Shown: positions 37,344 to 46,498, counted from the first letter of the stretch. The stretch: 51,606 bases of DNA from Gemmatimonadota bacterium (GCA_035633635.1 DASQEN010000290.1:1-51606); one strand, 5' to 3'. Numbers and translations are program-made. Notes: generated by a model not told the origin, from the sequence alone.

Positions 37344-38876
37344 ATGCCGTTCGAGCCGCCGGAAGAGTTCAACATCGCCGATTGGTTCCTGGACGCCCGG
37401 GTCCGCGAAGGACGCGGCGACCGGGTGGCACTCCGGACCGACGAGCGGACCTGGAGCTACGCGGACGTCGCGGCGATCGCGGCCCGCTACAGCAGCGTCC
37501 TCGCGGACGCCGGTGTCGAGCCGGAGCAGCGGGTGATCCTCGCGCTGGACGATGGACCCGGGTTCGTCGGCGCCCTGTTCGGCGTCCTCAAGATTGGCGC
37601 GGTGGTCGTCATGGTCAACCCGCGCCTCCCGGACGATGCCACCGGATACTTCGTGCGCTACACGCGCGCGAAAGCCGCGATCGTGGAACCGGACGCCGCC
37701 GACGCATTCCGCCGCGCCGCGGAAGGCGCGCCATGCTTCCGACGGCTGTTCGTGGCCGGCGAGCCCCTTCTCGAGGCCGCGCTCTCCAGCGCACCCGATC
37801 GTCTCGAGAGCTTCGCGACCCATCGCGACGACTCCGCGATCTGGCTCTTCTCGGGCGGCACGACCGGCCGGCCCAAGGCGGTTCTCCAGACCCACGCCTC
37901 CTATGCCAATACGACCGAGTGCTACGGCAAGGGCGTCCTCGGGATCTCCGAGGACGACGTCACGATGTCGGTCCCCAAGCTCTTCTTCGGCTACGCGACC
38001 GGATCGAACCTCCTGTTCCCATTCTCGGTCGGCGCGTCGTCGGTCCTGTTTCCCGAGCACCCGAGCGCCGAGGTCGTGTTCGAGAGGATCGCGCGCCATC
38101 GTCCGACGATCCTCGTCAACGTCCCCAAGATGGTGCAGCTCATGGTCGACCATCCGCGCGCGGCAGATCAGGACCTGTCTTGCCTCCGGCTCGCGACGTC
38201 GGCGGGCGAGGCGCTGCCGGTCGAACTCCACCGCCGCTGGGACGAAGCGTTCGGCGTTGACCTCCTCGACGGCCTCGGCACCGCCGAGATGTGGCACATC
38301 TTTCTCTCCAACCGGCCGGGGGACGTGCGCCCGGGCACGCTGGGGAAGGTCGTGCCCGGGTTCGAGGTCGAGGCGAGGGACGACGGGGGTCGGCCGGTCC
38401 CGGACGGCGACGTCGGGTGGCTCTGGGTCAAGGGCGGCTCCCGCGCGATCGGCTACTGGCACCGCATGAACCGTACGATGGAGGCCTTTCGCGGCGAGTG
38501 GTACGTCTCGGGCGACATGATCTCGAAGGATGCGGACGCCGTCTTCACCTACGCCGGCCGCGCCGACGACATGCTCAAGGTGTCCGGGAAGTGGCTCTCT
38601 CCCCGCGAGGTCGAGAGCTGCCTGCTCGAGCACCCCGCCGTGCGCGAGGTCGCGGTCGTCGGCGTGCCCGGAGAGACTGGCCTCACAGTGCCGCGCGCGT
38701 GCGTGGTGCGGCGGGACGGCGCGGTGGCCGCGGTCGACGACCTGGCCGACGAGCTCCAGGCCTGGGTCCGCGACCGGCTCGAGCGCTACAAATATCCGCG
38801 TGAAGTCGTATTCCTGGACGCCCTCCCCCGCACCCACCTCGGCAAGGTCGACCGGGCCGCGCTGCGAAATCGCTAG
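37344..38876 (+). CDS. abmG: Aryl-CoA ligase of the benzoate/2-aminobenzoate-CoA ligase family
   Basis: ATG 37344 (MPFEPPEEFNIADWFLD...). AMP-binding motifs LFSGGTTGRPKAV, YVSGDM and GKVDRAALR. 510 aa. The 934-aa track ORF is an upstream overextension. Confidence 0.85.
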   Translation: MPFEPPEEFNIADWFLDARVREGRGDRVALRTDERTWSYADVAAIAARYSSVLADAGVEPEQRVILALDDGPGFVGALFGVLKIGAVVVMVNPRLPDDATGYFVRYTRAKAAIVEPDAADAFRRAAEGAPCFRRLFVAGEPLLEAALSSAPDRLESFATHRDDSAIWLFSGGTTGRPKAVLQTHASYANTTECYGKGVLGISEDDVTMSVPKLFFGYATGSNLLFPFSVGASSVLFPEHPSAEVVFERIARHRPTILVNVPKMVQLMVDHPRAADQDLSCLRLATSAGEALPVELHRRWDEAFGVDLLDGLGTAEMWHIFLSNRPGDVRPGTLGKVVPGFEVEARDDGGRPVPDGDVGWLWVKGGSRAIGYWHRMNRTMEAFRGEWYVSGDMISKDADAVFTYAGRADDMLKVSGKWLSPREVESCLLEHPAVREVAVVGVPGETGLTVPRACVVRRDGAVAAVDDLADELQAWVRDRLERYKYPREVVFLDALPRTHLGKVDRAALRNR

Positions 38877-40129
38877 GAGCTTCGCTGCGCGATCAAGGCG
38901 CGCCGGACGATTTCTCCCAACATTCCCATCGCGTCCCCGAGCTGCCGATCCGACAGGTACGGGGCGGGTCCGAAGCGCAGGGTGGTATCCCGGTGATCGG
39001 TCCAGACGCCGCGCTCGAGGAGCAAGCCCCTAAGCTCCCCCGCCCGCGGGCTCTCCAGCGCCAGGAAGCCTCCGACCTTATCGAGCGGCACCGACCGGTC
39101 GCGATCGATGACGGCGGGGTCGAGGTCGAGCGCGTCGAACTCATCGGCGAGAGCACCGACCTGGTGGCGGTACGATTCGGCCAGGACATCGACGGTCAGC
39201 CCACGCTCCGCGAAGAAGTCGAACACCTCGCTCGCGCGGTAGTGGCTGGTCGGATCGTACGTCGCCCCGCCGAAGCGCGAGGCGACCGAGCCCCACCCGA
39301 CCTCCCCGGGCCGGTGGATACCGGTGAGCGCGTCGAACTCGGCGAACCAGCCGGTCACGACAGGCTTCGGGTCGTCTCCGGGAGGAAGCCGCAGGAACGC
39401 GCTGCCCTCGCCCAGTTGGCAGTACTTATAGCCGCCGCCGGTCACCGCCGCGCCCTCGAGTCCCCAGGCGTGGAGGTCGAACGGCATCACGTTCAACGCG
39501 TGGTAGGCGTCGACGAGTAGACGCGCCCCGACCCGCTCGCAAGCCTCGAGCGCACCGTCCAGCCCGCCGGCGACGTGCGCGTTCCGGTAGAAGACCGCCG
39601 AGACGAGCGCCGCCGCGGTCCGGTCGTCGACCGCCGCCGCGACCCTCTCTCCCACCGACGCGGCCGGGAGAACCGCGACCTTGACGACTTCGAGCCCGAC
39701 CTCCCCCAACCGGTCGAGCTGGCGGCGGAGCGCGTGGAACTCGAGGTCGGTCGTCACGAGGCGCGGCCGCTCGCGGAGCGGAAGTGCGGAGATCCACTTG
39801 ACCAGGAGGTCGTGGGTCGCGGGCCCGAGCGCGATCGGCCCGTCCGCGCCGCCCATGAGCCGCCGGTATCCGTCCCGCACCCTGTCCGCGCGCGCATGCG
39901 CTCGCGACCACTTCTCGTCCACGTGCTCGGCCGCGTCCTCCCACGCCCGCTTCTGCCCCTCGAACCCGCGGTCCGGCCACGCCTGATGGCTGTGCCCGGA
40001 AAGGAGGAGCCTCTCGGCGACGCGGAAGCGGGAGTAGTCGGGCACCAGCGGGTTGGGATCCAGGCGGAGATCGACGGCGCGCAACTCCGCGGCGCGAAGC
40101 GTCTCCCGGGATTGGGGCGCGCGGCTCAC
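38873..40129 (-). CDS. kynU: Kynureninase
   Basis: Class V fold with the GGGYKYCQLGEGSAFL PLP-lysine block. It is translationally coupled to kynA (GTG 40129, GTGA overlap). 418 aa. Confidence 0.8.
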   Translation of the reverse strand: MSRAPQSRETLRAAELRAVDLRLDPNPLVPDYSRFRVAERLLLSGHSHQAWPDRGFEGQKRAWEDAAEHVDEKWSRAHARADRVRDGYRRLMGGADGPIALGPATHDLLVKWISALPLRERPRLVTTDLEFHALRRQLDRLGEVGLEVVKVAVLPAASVGERVAAAVDDRTAAALVSAVFYRNAHVAGGLDGALEACERVGARLLVDAYHALNVMPFDLHAWGLEGAAVTGGGYKYCQLGEGSAFLRLPPGDDPKPVVTGWFAEFDALTGIHRPGEVGWGSVASRFGGATYDPTSHYRASEVFDFFAERGLTVDVLAESYRHQVGALADEFDALDLDPAVIDRDRSVPLDKVGGFLALESPRAGELRGLLLERGVWTDHRDTTLRFGPAPYLSDRQLGDAMGMLGEIVRRALIAQRSS

Positions 40130-40956
40130 AGCTCGGAGCGGATCGCCCACAGATCCGGGAAGAACGGCTGGGACAGGGTCGTCTTGAGATACGTGGCGCC
40201 TGCGCTCCCGCCCGTTCCTGTCCGCGTGCCGATCGTCCGCTCGACCATTTTGACGTGCCGGTACCGCCACTCCTGAAGCCCCTCGTCGAGGTCGACGAAG
40301 CGCTCGAGGAGCTGGGAGTCGAGGTGGGCGGGGAGGTCGTCGCCCCGGTAGACCGCGAGCAGCGCCCGCTGGACGCCCTCGTCCGGCTGGATCGCGCCCG
40401 TGACGTCCCGGCCCAGCGCCGTCTCGGGAACCGGGTATCCGCGATCGGTGAGATAGCCGAGCAGCGCGTCCCACACGGTGGGCGCCCCCCAGCGCGCCTC
40501 GAGCCGCCTGCGCCACTCCGTCCCCGCCGGGAAATGCTCGAGCATCGCCAGCCGCTTGTGGCCCAGCGCGAACTCGAGCTCCCGGAACTGCGCGGACTGA
40601 AAGCCGCTCGCGCTCGCAAGCCGGTCGCGGAACGAGAGGAAATCCCGCGGCGTCATCGTCTCCAGGATGTCGAGCTGGGCCACCGCGATCTTGAGGATCG
40701 TCAGGATCCGCTTCAGCGTGTGCATGGCCGCGCCGGTGTCCCCCCCGGCCAGCCGCCCCACCAGCCAGTCGGCCTCGTGGAGCATCTCCTTGAACCACAG
40801 CTCGTAGACCTGATGGATAACGATGAACAGGATCTCGTCGTGCTCGTCGGACTCGGGCCGTTGCAGGGAGAGGAGCTCGTCGAGCGCCAGGTAGCTGGCG
40901 TACGTGAAGGGCTTGTCGGTGGCGTGGGGGTCTGCAGGGGTCGGCTGTTCGCTCAC
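40126..40956 (-). CDS. kynA: Tryptophan 2,3-dioxygenase
   Basis: YASYLALDELLSLQRPESDEHDEILFIVIHQVYELWFK...SGFQSAQFRELEF...GTGGSAGATYL. GTG 40956. 276 aa. Confidence 0.85.
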   Translation of the reverse strand: MSEQPTPADPHATDKPFTYASYLALDELLSLQRPESDEHDEILFIVIHQVYELWFKEMLHEADWLVGRLAGGDTGAAMHTLKRILTILKIAVAQLDILETMTPRDFLSFRDRLASASGFQSAQFRELEFALGHKRLAMLEHFPAGTEWRRRLEARWGAPTVWDALLGYLTDRGYPVPETALGRDVTGAIQPDEGVQRALLAVYRGDDLPAHLDSQLLERFVDLDEGLQEWRYRHVKMVERTIGTRTGTGGSAGATYLKTTLSQPFFPDLWAIRSEL

Positions 40957-41096
40957 GCGGCGTAATCTACTTCCCCGGTCTGGCGCACACACCCTACCAT
41001 CCCCGTTGTTCGTTTGCTGACAGTCTTTACCCGGGCCGGAGTCGTACTCTAGGCTCCGACAATCGGTCGCATTCAACCTTGCATGCGAGGAGTACT

Positions 41097-41588
41097 ATGA
41101 ATCTCGATTCGCTACAGAAGCTCTACGTCCATGAGCTCAAGGATCTCTACAGCGCCGAGAAGCAACTCGTCGATGCGTTGCCCAAGATGATCGCCGCCGC
41201 CAGCAACAAGGACCTCAAGCTGGCGCTCAAGGACCACCTCGGGGCGACCCGCCGGCAGGTCCAGCGGCTGGACAAGATCTTTGCCCGGGTCGACTTCAGC
41301 CCCCGCGGCCACAAGTGCAAGGGCATGGAGGGGCTAATCAAGGAAGGCGCCTCTCTGCTCAAGGAGGACTCGGAGCCGGACGTCCTCGACGCCGCGATCA
41401 TCGCCGCGGCGCAGCACGTGGAGCATTACGAGATGGCGGGGTACGGGGTGGCTCGCACGTATGCCGAGAAGCTCGGCGACTACAAGGCGGCCGACCTGCT
41501 GCAGCAGAGCCTCGAGGAGGAGGCCCAGGCCGACCGGCACCTGTCCCGAATCGCCGAGCGCACGGTCAACTTCCAGGCGATGGTCTGA
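41097..41588 (+). CDS. DUF892 (YciE/YciF ferritin-like) stress protein
   Basis: ATG 41097 with GAGGAG SD. LYVHELKDLYSAEKQLVDALPKM...HVEHYEMAGYG is the family signature. Confidence 0.8.
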   Translation: MNLDSLQKLYVHELKDLYSAEKQLVDALPKMIAAASNKDLKLALKDHLGATRRQVQRLDKIFARVDFSPRGHKCKGMEGLIKEGASLLKEDSEPDVLDAAIIAAAQHVEHYEMAGYGVARTYAEKLGDYKAADLLQQSLEEEAQADRHLSRIAERTVNFQAMV

Positions 41589-41595
41589 GGCGCTC

Positions 41596-41832
41596 ATGGG
41601 ACGCTGCATCCACTGCGGAAACGAATACGACAAGTCGTTCGAGGTCGTGCTCTCCGGCGGGGAGCGGCACACCTTCGACAGCTTCGAGTGCGCGATCCAC
41701 GCGCTGGCTCCGACGTGCCAGACGTGCGGCTGTCGGATCATCGGCCACGGCCTGGAGAGCGACGGCCGCTTCTTCTGCTGCGATCACTGCGCGGAGAAGG
41801 ATGGGGTCAAGGGGCTGAAGGACCGGGTCTGA
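41596..41832 (+). CDS. Small Cys-rich protein (78 aa), putative metal binding
   Basis: MGRCIHCGNEY...FECAIHALAPTCQTCGCRIIGHG...FFCCDHCAEK. The ATG is 8 nt after the DUF892 stop. Confidence 0.6.
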   Translation: MGRCIHCGNEYDKSFEVVLSGGERHTFDSFECAIHALAPTCQTCGCRIIGHGLESDGRFFCCDHCAEKDGVKGLKDRV

Positions 41833-42544
41833 CCCGTCCCCCCCAGGCCAGCCCTCCTCCCGTCACAAGGGCGGACAGGATGATGATGGTCAGAACGCCT
41901 TCGGGCTGAAACATTCGGCTCGCCACCCGGCCGCTCACAATCACGTGCACGGCCTGGGCGGCCACGAGCCACCACGGGGAAAGCGGACGATTCTCTCGTA
42001 GCCAACGTGACGCGACCGCCGCCGCGATCGGCATGCCCACCATGCCCAGCGCGCCCAATATGGAGGCGGGCCGCGCTGCGCCGTCCGTGATCATGACGAA
42101 CCCCAGGGCCCCCACGGCCACGACAGCCCCCTCCCAACCGACGCGAACCCTGAGGCCCGGCCAGAGCGCCGGCAGCATTGCCGCCGTCACCCCCATCGTG
42201 ACCGCGGCGCGCTCGGTGTCGGGCACCGTCCCCCACACGCCGAGGACCCACAGCGCGAAGACGATCCCGACCGACCACGCGGGCACCTGACGCAGTAGGA
42301 CTTGGAACGCGACCGCAGCCGCAACCGCTGTCGCGATCACGACCGGAAATCCCCACGCCGGGGTCGCCTCCGTCCACCGAAGGGAGCCGGCCCACGCGAG
42401 CGCCCCGATCGCGGCCACGCCCCACACCATCAGCCACCCCAGCTTTCGGACGATCAAGACCGCGATCAATGCAACGACTCCCACGGCCAGGCCAGTCTGG
42501 AACTCGGGCTGCACCAGCAGATCGAGCAAGGTGAATGGGTTCAT
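41807..42544 (-). CDS. Polytopic membrane protein, unknown function
   Basis: 7-8 hydrophobic segments. ATG 42544, with a TTG alternative at 42553. The 3' end overlaps the convergent Cys-rich gene by 26 nt. Confidence 0.55.
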   Translation of the reverse strand: MNPFTLLDLLVQPEFQTGLAVGVVALIAVLIVRKLGWLMVWGVAAIGALAWAGSLRWTEATPAWGFPVVIATAVAAAVAFQVLLRQVPAWSVGIVFALWVLGVWGTVPDTERAAVTMGVTAAMLPALWPGLRVRVGWEGAVVAVGALGFVMITDGAARPASILGALGMVGMPIAAAVASRWLRENRPLSPWWLVAAQAVHVIVSGRVASRMFQPEGVLTIIILSALVTGGGLAWGGRVRPGPSAP

Positions 42545-42598
42545 TCCGAACAAGACTTTCCTCCTCTCGGAGAAAAAGTATAATCCCCTTCGGGTAAG

Positions 42599-43065
42599 AT
42601 GCTGCGCCTCCTCGCCACCGGGCTCGCCGTTTCACTCTCGGTGGTTCTCGCTTGCCAGCCGACCGTTACCCCCGGCGCCCTGGACATCGAGGTCACTGCG
42701 TTGGAGCTCCACCGCGCCTTCAGGACCGATCCTGACGGCGCGCGCGTGGAGTTCGGCGGCAAGGACCTCGTGATCGTCGGCGAGGTCGCCCGCGCGTTCC
42801 CGCGATTCAGGGGTACGACGATGAGCGGCGACGTCACCACCCCCGCGCAAGTCATGCTCAAGACCGAGCTCGACACCCTTCCCACCGACACCAAGTACGT
42901 TCAGGTCGAGGGCGAGTTCGACGCGCCGGATTCGCTCGAACAATGGGCCGTCGATCCCAGGATCCGCGTGGGTGACACTCTCCGGGTGTCCGTTGCCCGC
43001 GCGCCGCGATCCGATGGACGGATCCGGGCCTTTACATCTCCGACTGCCGTGTCGCTGAGGAATGA
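42599..43065 (+). CDS. Lipoprotein with an OB-fold (tRNA_anti-like family pattern); probable 1-nt frameshift near 42989
   Basis: Lipobox VVLAC. ...FGGKDLVIVGEV...VQVEGEF...IRVGDTLRV. The family-like C-terminus VRCPRAAIRWTDPGLYISDCRVAEE* (stop 43063-43065) is only read in the -1 frame. The track frame instead runs on to 43168, into the convergent gene. Confidence 0.45.
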
Positions 43066-43082
43066 CACGCGGCCGCGGCGTC

Positions 43083-44279
43083 CTAATCCAGGAGCCCTCG
43101 GGCGGCTTCCACCAAGGACTCGAGCTCACGTCCGGCCGGGTCGGGTCCGTCGTCCACCGAAGTGTTGAACACCATCACGTAGCCCGTCCGTTTCTCCGGA
43201 TCGAAGGCCAGAAACGCCCGGAAGTTAGCCTGGCTGCCCGTATGGCCGATCACCCGCCGGTCGGGCTCGCGGTCGATGAAGAACGACAGCCCGACGTCGC
43301 TCCAGGGCGCCCCCGTCCCATCCTTCTCCACCGGCAGGACCGGCTCCCACATCTCCTCCAGCGTCGACCTCGACAGGACCAGCTCCCAGCGACGCGCGGT
43401 CTCGGGGTCGGGCGCGGGGCCCGTCAGGAACACCAGGTACGCGGCGAGGTCGTCGAGCGGCGCGTTCCATCCCCCGTTGGGGATCGTGATCCCCGGATCG
43501 AAGTCCGCCCCCTCGTCGATGGCCTTCCGTTCTGCGATGAGGGTGTCCGACCGCAGCTCGTAATTGTGGGAGCGATCCGCCGCGAGATAGTAGGGGGTGA
43601 TACCGAAGTAGCTGCTCGAGAGGCCGAGCGGCGCGAAGATGTTCTTCTGCACGTACGCCTCCCACGGATCGCCGGAGATCGTCTCGATGACCCGGGCCAG
43701 ATATACGAAGCCCGGGTTCGAGTACGAGTACCGCGAGCCGGGCTCGAACAGAAGCTGCTGGTAGGGCATCATCGCGACGAGCTGCTCCCAGGTCGTGGGC
43801 TCGAACGGCTCCCACGGTTCCCCGTCGTCCCAGGGCCAGGTCGGGTTCTGGAAGCCCGCCGAATGGGACAGGAGCATCCGCAGCGTGATCGCGTCGGGCG
43901 AGCCGTACGGGTCGCTCACGGAACGGAGCTCCGGGACCCAGCGGGTCACGGGGTTTTCGAGCGAGAGGAGGCCCCGATCCCGGAGCTGCATGACCGCGAT
44001 CGCGGTCAGCGTCTTGGTGATCGAGCCATAGTGGAAGATCGTGCGCTCGTCCACGAGCCGGCCCGCCGCGCGGTCCGCGAAGCCGACATCGTGCCGCGCC
44101 AGCACCCGGCCGTCTCGCATGACGAGCGCGCTCGCACCGACGATCCTGCCCTCCTCCACGTACGCATCGAAGGCGCGCACGAAATCGATCCAGGCGGCCG
44201 GGGGCGCGGGCTCCTGGGCGGCGAGAGGTGCGGCCGCGAGGAGCAGCGCGGCGAGGAAGCACGTCGGCACTCGTAGCAT
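43083..44279 (-). CDS. Serine hydrolase, beta-lactamase/PBP (class C-like) family
   Basis: Signal peptide. SxxK motif in FHYGSITKTLTA. 398 aa. Confidence 0.85.
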   Translation of the reverse strand: MLRVPTCFLAALLLAAAPLAAQEPAPPAAWIDFVRAFDAYVEEGRIVGASALVMRDGRVLARHDVGFADRAAGRLVDERTIFHYGSITKTLTAIAVMQLRDRGLLSLENPVTRWVPELRSVSDPYGSPDAITLRMLLSHSAGFQNPTWPWDDGEPWEPFEPTTWEQLVAMMPYQQLLFEPGSRYSYSNPGFVYLARVIETISGDPWEAYVQKNIFAPLGLSSSYFGITPYYLAADRSHNYELRSDTLIAERKAIDEGADFDPGITIPNGGWNAPLDDLAAYLVFLTGPAPDPETARRWELVLSRSTLEEMWEPVLPVEKDGTGAPWSDVGLSFFIDREPDRRVIGHTGSQANFRAFLAFDPEKRTGYVMVFNTSVDDGPDPAGRELESLVEAARGLLD

Positions 44280-44439
44280 GAAACCCGAATTCTAAGCACC
44301 AGGCAGCGAGCGTGTCTATATTCGTGAAACGATGTCAACACATCTGCGCGGCGGCGCGGCGCGGACGCGCCGAGTGCGGGCTCGTCTTCGGGTGGGGCTG
44401 GGCGCTCTCGTCCGTATCCATCTGCCCCACTGACCGAGT

Positions 44440-45735
44440 TCAGATCTCCCGCAGGTACCCCCAGCTGTGCAGCCGGTCGTGGTCCTCGTGCCAGCGATCT
44501 CCGATATCGGTGCGGTAGTACATGTTCGGGATCATGATGTTCTTGATCCGGTTGTAGGCCTGCGCCTGGGCCTGGCGCATGGTCGGCCCTGTCCCGACCA
44601 CGATCAGCACCACCCCCGACGTCCCGGTCACCACCCACTCGCCGTTGACGAGCCTGACGTCCTCTATGTGGACGCCCGCAAAGTCCGGTTTTTTGAAGAT
44701 GATGATCCGATCCTCCGAGTTGGCCTCGAACGTCTTCGGGTCGTCGTACGGGAAGGGCGGCACGACGATCCGCACGCCGACCTGGAAGCCGAGCTTGGGC
44801 CTCAGGTCGATCGACTCGCCGCGGGCGAGCGCCGCGAGGATCTTTCCCATCGGGGCGTTCAGCCCCTCCTGCTGGATGCTGATCGTCGGGTAGCCGAAGC
44901 GCGCTGTGAACTCGAGCGGGTAGATCCCCTGCGCGTTGACGATGCAGTTCAGGTCGATGTACCCGACGTAGCGCTCTTCCCGGAGCTTCTTCTCCATCTT
45001 GGCGAGCGTCTGGTTGAAGATCCGGTTGGGCTGGCTCCAGTACATGGCAGTGCCCATCTCGCCGGTCGAGGGGCCGATGTTCCCCGGGAAGAGCTTCTTG
45101 TGCTCGAAATTCACGTTGATCGGCGACAGGAACTCGTGGCCGTTGAAGAACGCGCCGACCGCAATCTCGACGCCCGTCCTTCGCCGCTGGAGCTGGAAGG
45201 TGCGCACGTGGTCGGCGTAGACCTTCTTGTACGACTCGAGGACGTGAATGACGTCGGTCCCGTCCTCGTCCTCGCCCACGAACAGGAGGCGTTTGATGTT
45301 CTGGGCCTCGCCGCTCGGCTTGATGACGTAGCGCGCCGGATTCGCGGCCACGAACGCGATCGCTTCGTCGAACGAGGTGAATTCCTCGAACGGAATAATG
45401 TTGATGCCGAAGGCCTTTAGCTCGGTCTGTCCGAACCCGCGGTCGTCCTCCAGCCGGTCGGTGTAGGGAGTACCGCCGACCACCGCCTTGCCCGCCCGGC
45501 GCAGCCGGTCCGCGTCCTCGCCCATGCCCAGCACGTCGTCGAACACCACGACGTCCGCCCATTCGGCGTCGGCCTTCCAGTCCTTCGACATCGGCACGAA
45601 GCCCTCGCCTACCGAGCGGGCCTTTTTCTCCCGGATCCAGTAGCGAACTTCGTGACCCTCCTTGACCACCTGCCACGCGATGTCGGTGATCAGCGCGTCG
45701 TAGGAGACGAAAAGAAACTTCGTCTTGTCAGGCAT
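44440..45735 (-). CDS. ATP-grasp protein related to phosphoribosylamine-glycine ligase (PurD-like), orphan
   Basis: PurD-like blocks YVIKPSGEA, GVEIAVGAFFNG, FEHKKLFPGNIGPSTGEMGT, YVGYIDLNCIV and PLEFTARFGYP. 431 aa. Local GC is visibly lower (about 55-63% in the lines counted). Confidence 0.6.
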   Translation of the reverse strand: MPDKTKFLFVSYDALITDIAWQVVKEGHEVRYWIREKKARSVGEGFVPMSKDWKADAEWADVVVFDDVLGMGEDADRLRRAGKAVVGGTPYTDRLEDDRGFGQTELKAFGINIIPFEEFTSFDEAIAFVAANPARYVIKPSGEAQNIKRLLFVGEDEDGTDVIHVLESYKKVYADHVRTFQLQRRRTGVEIAVGAFFNGHEFLSPINVNFEHKKLFPGNIGPSTGEMGTAMYWSQPNRIFNQTLAKMEKKLREERYVGYIDLNCIVNAQGIYPLEFTARFGYPTISIQQEGLNAPMGKILAALARGESIDLRPKLGFQVGVRIVVPPFPYDDPKTFEANSEDRIIIFKKPDFAGVHIEDVRLVNGEWVVTGTSGVVLIVVGTGPTMRQAQAQAYNRIKNIMIPNMYYRTDIGDRWHEDHDRLHSWGYLREI

Positions 45736-45777
45736 TCAGACCCCTGATGGGAAGTGAAAACGGGACTCGCGAGACCG

Positions 45778-46332
45778 CTACGCGGGCCACAGCCAACCGA
45801 ACACGCCTGCCGTGAGCAGGCCGTAGATCAGGGAATCGACGTTCGATTTGATCGTCGTACTCCACGCGATCTTGTACCAGATCGAGTTCTGCCAGAGCGC
45901 CAGCCCGTAGCCGACAAACGCCGTGCATCCCGCGAAGCGGAAGACCGACAGGTACTCCGCCCCCGGCCCCAGCGCCCGCCCGGCGATGTAGGCCGCGAAG
46001 CCGCTCACGACGAGGCAGTAGAGGAACCACTGCGTGAGGCTCGCCCCCATCGAGGGATTCTTCATCACGGTTAGGACCGCCACGGGCCCGCGCTTCTTTT
46101 TCTCGATGAACGCCGGATCCTTCATCGCCCCCGGGCTTCCGGCATGGGGCATCACATAGTTCCCGGGCGGGACACCGAGCCTGCGGAGCGACTCCATGAG
46201 CTCGTCCTCGGCCGGCACCTTGCGGAAATCCGAGCGGTGGTAGGGAAGGACCATGTGGAAGATGGAGCTCGCCACGAAGACGAGCACCGCCGACAACAGG
46301 ATTGGCGCCCACAACGACATCACCGGAACCAT
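45778..46332 (-). CDS. Conserved-looking membrane protein, unknown function (184 aa)
   Basis: ATG 46332 with a strong AAGGAGGTG SD. One N-terminal TM and three C-terminal TMs flank a soluble loop. Confidence 0.6.
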   Translation of the reverse strand: MVPVMSLWAPILLSAVLVFVASSIFHMVLPYHRSDFRKVPAEDELMESLRRLGVPPGNYVMPHAGSPGAMKDPAFIEKKKRGPVAVLTVMKNPSMGASLTQWFLYCLVVSGFAAYIAGRALGPGAEYLSVFRFAGCTAFVGYGLALWQNSIWYKIAWSTTIKSNVDSLIYGLLTAGVFGWLWPA

Positions 46333-46498
46333 TCGCCACCTCCTTGGTGGTTTGCGTGGTTACTGCGTTCCTGGTCAATCACGATAGGATAGCTGGGGAA
46401 ACCACGCAACGGGACTGATCTGGCCAATCGGCCGGTTTCTCGTAAGCTTGCCCGTGATCCGCCAACGATGGGAGGGACTCCAGCCCGGAGAGCGAGCG

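Noticed and set aside
36072-38876. A 934-aa ORF implying a long N-terminal extension of the CoA ligase.
   Set aside because: The first 424 residues are low-complexity Arg/Pro/Ala/Ser and lie antisense to the SDR and creatininase genes. Ligase homology begins at ATG 37344.
44280-44439. GC-rich dyads (GGCGCG-GA-CGCGCC) after the PurD-like gene as a rho-independent terminator. Similar short dyads occur after the aquaporin (about 49698) and lipoprotein (about 50300) genes.
   Set aside because: The stems are only 5-6 bp, the loops are too small or there is no T-tract. None is convincing as an intrinsic terminator.
46352-46409. Inverted repeat TTGCGTGGTT / AACCACGCAA in the divergent spacer between the membrane protein and the zinc-ribbon gene.
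   Set aside because: There is only a 10-bp stem with a 38-nt loop and no flanking promoter hexamers I could trust. This is within chance expectation.
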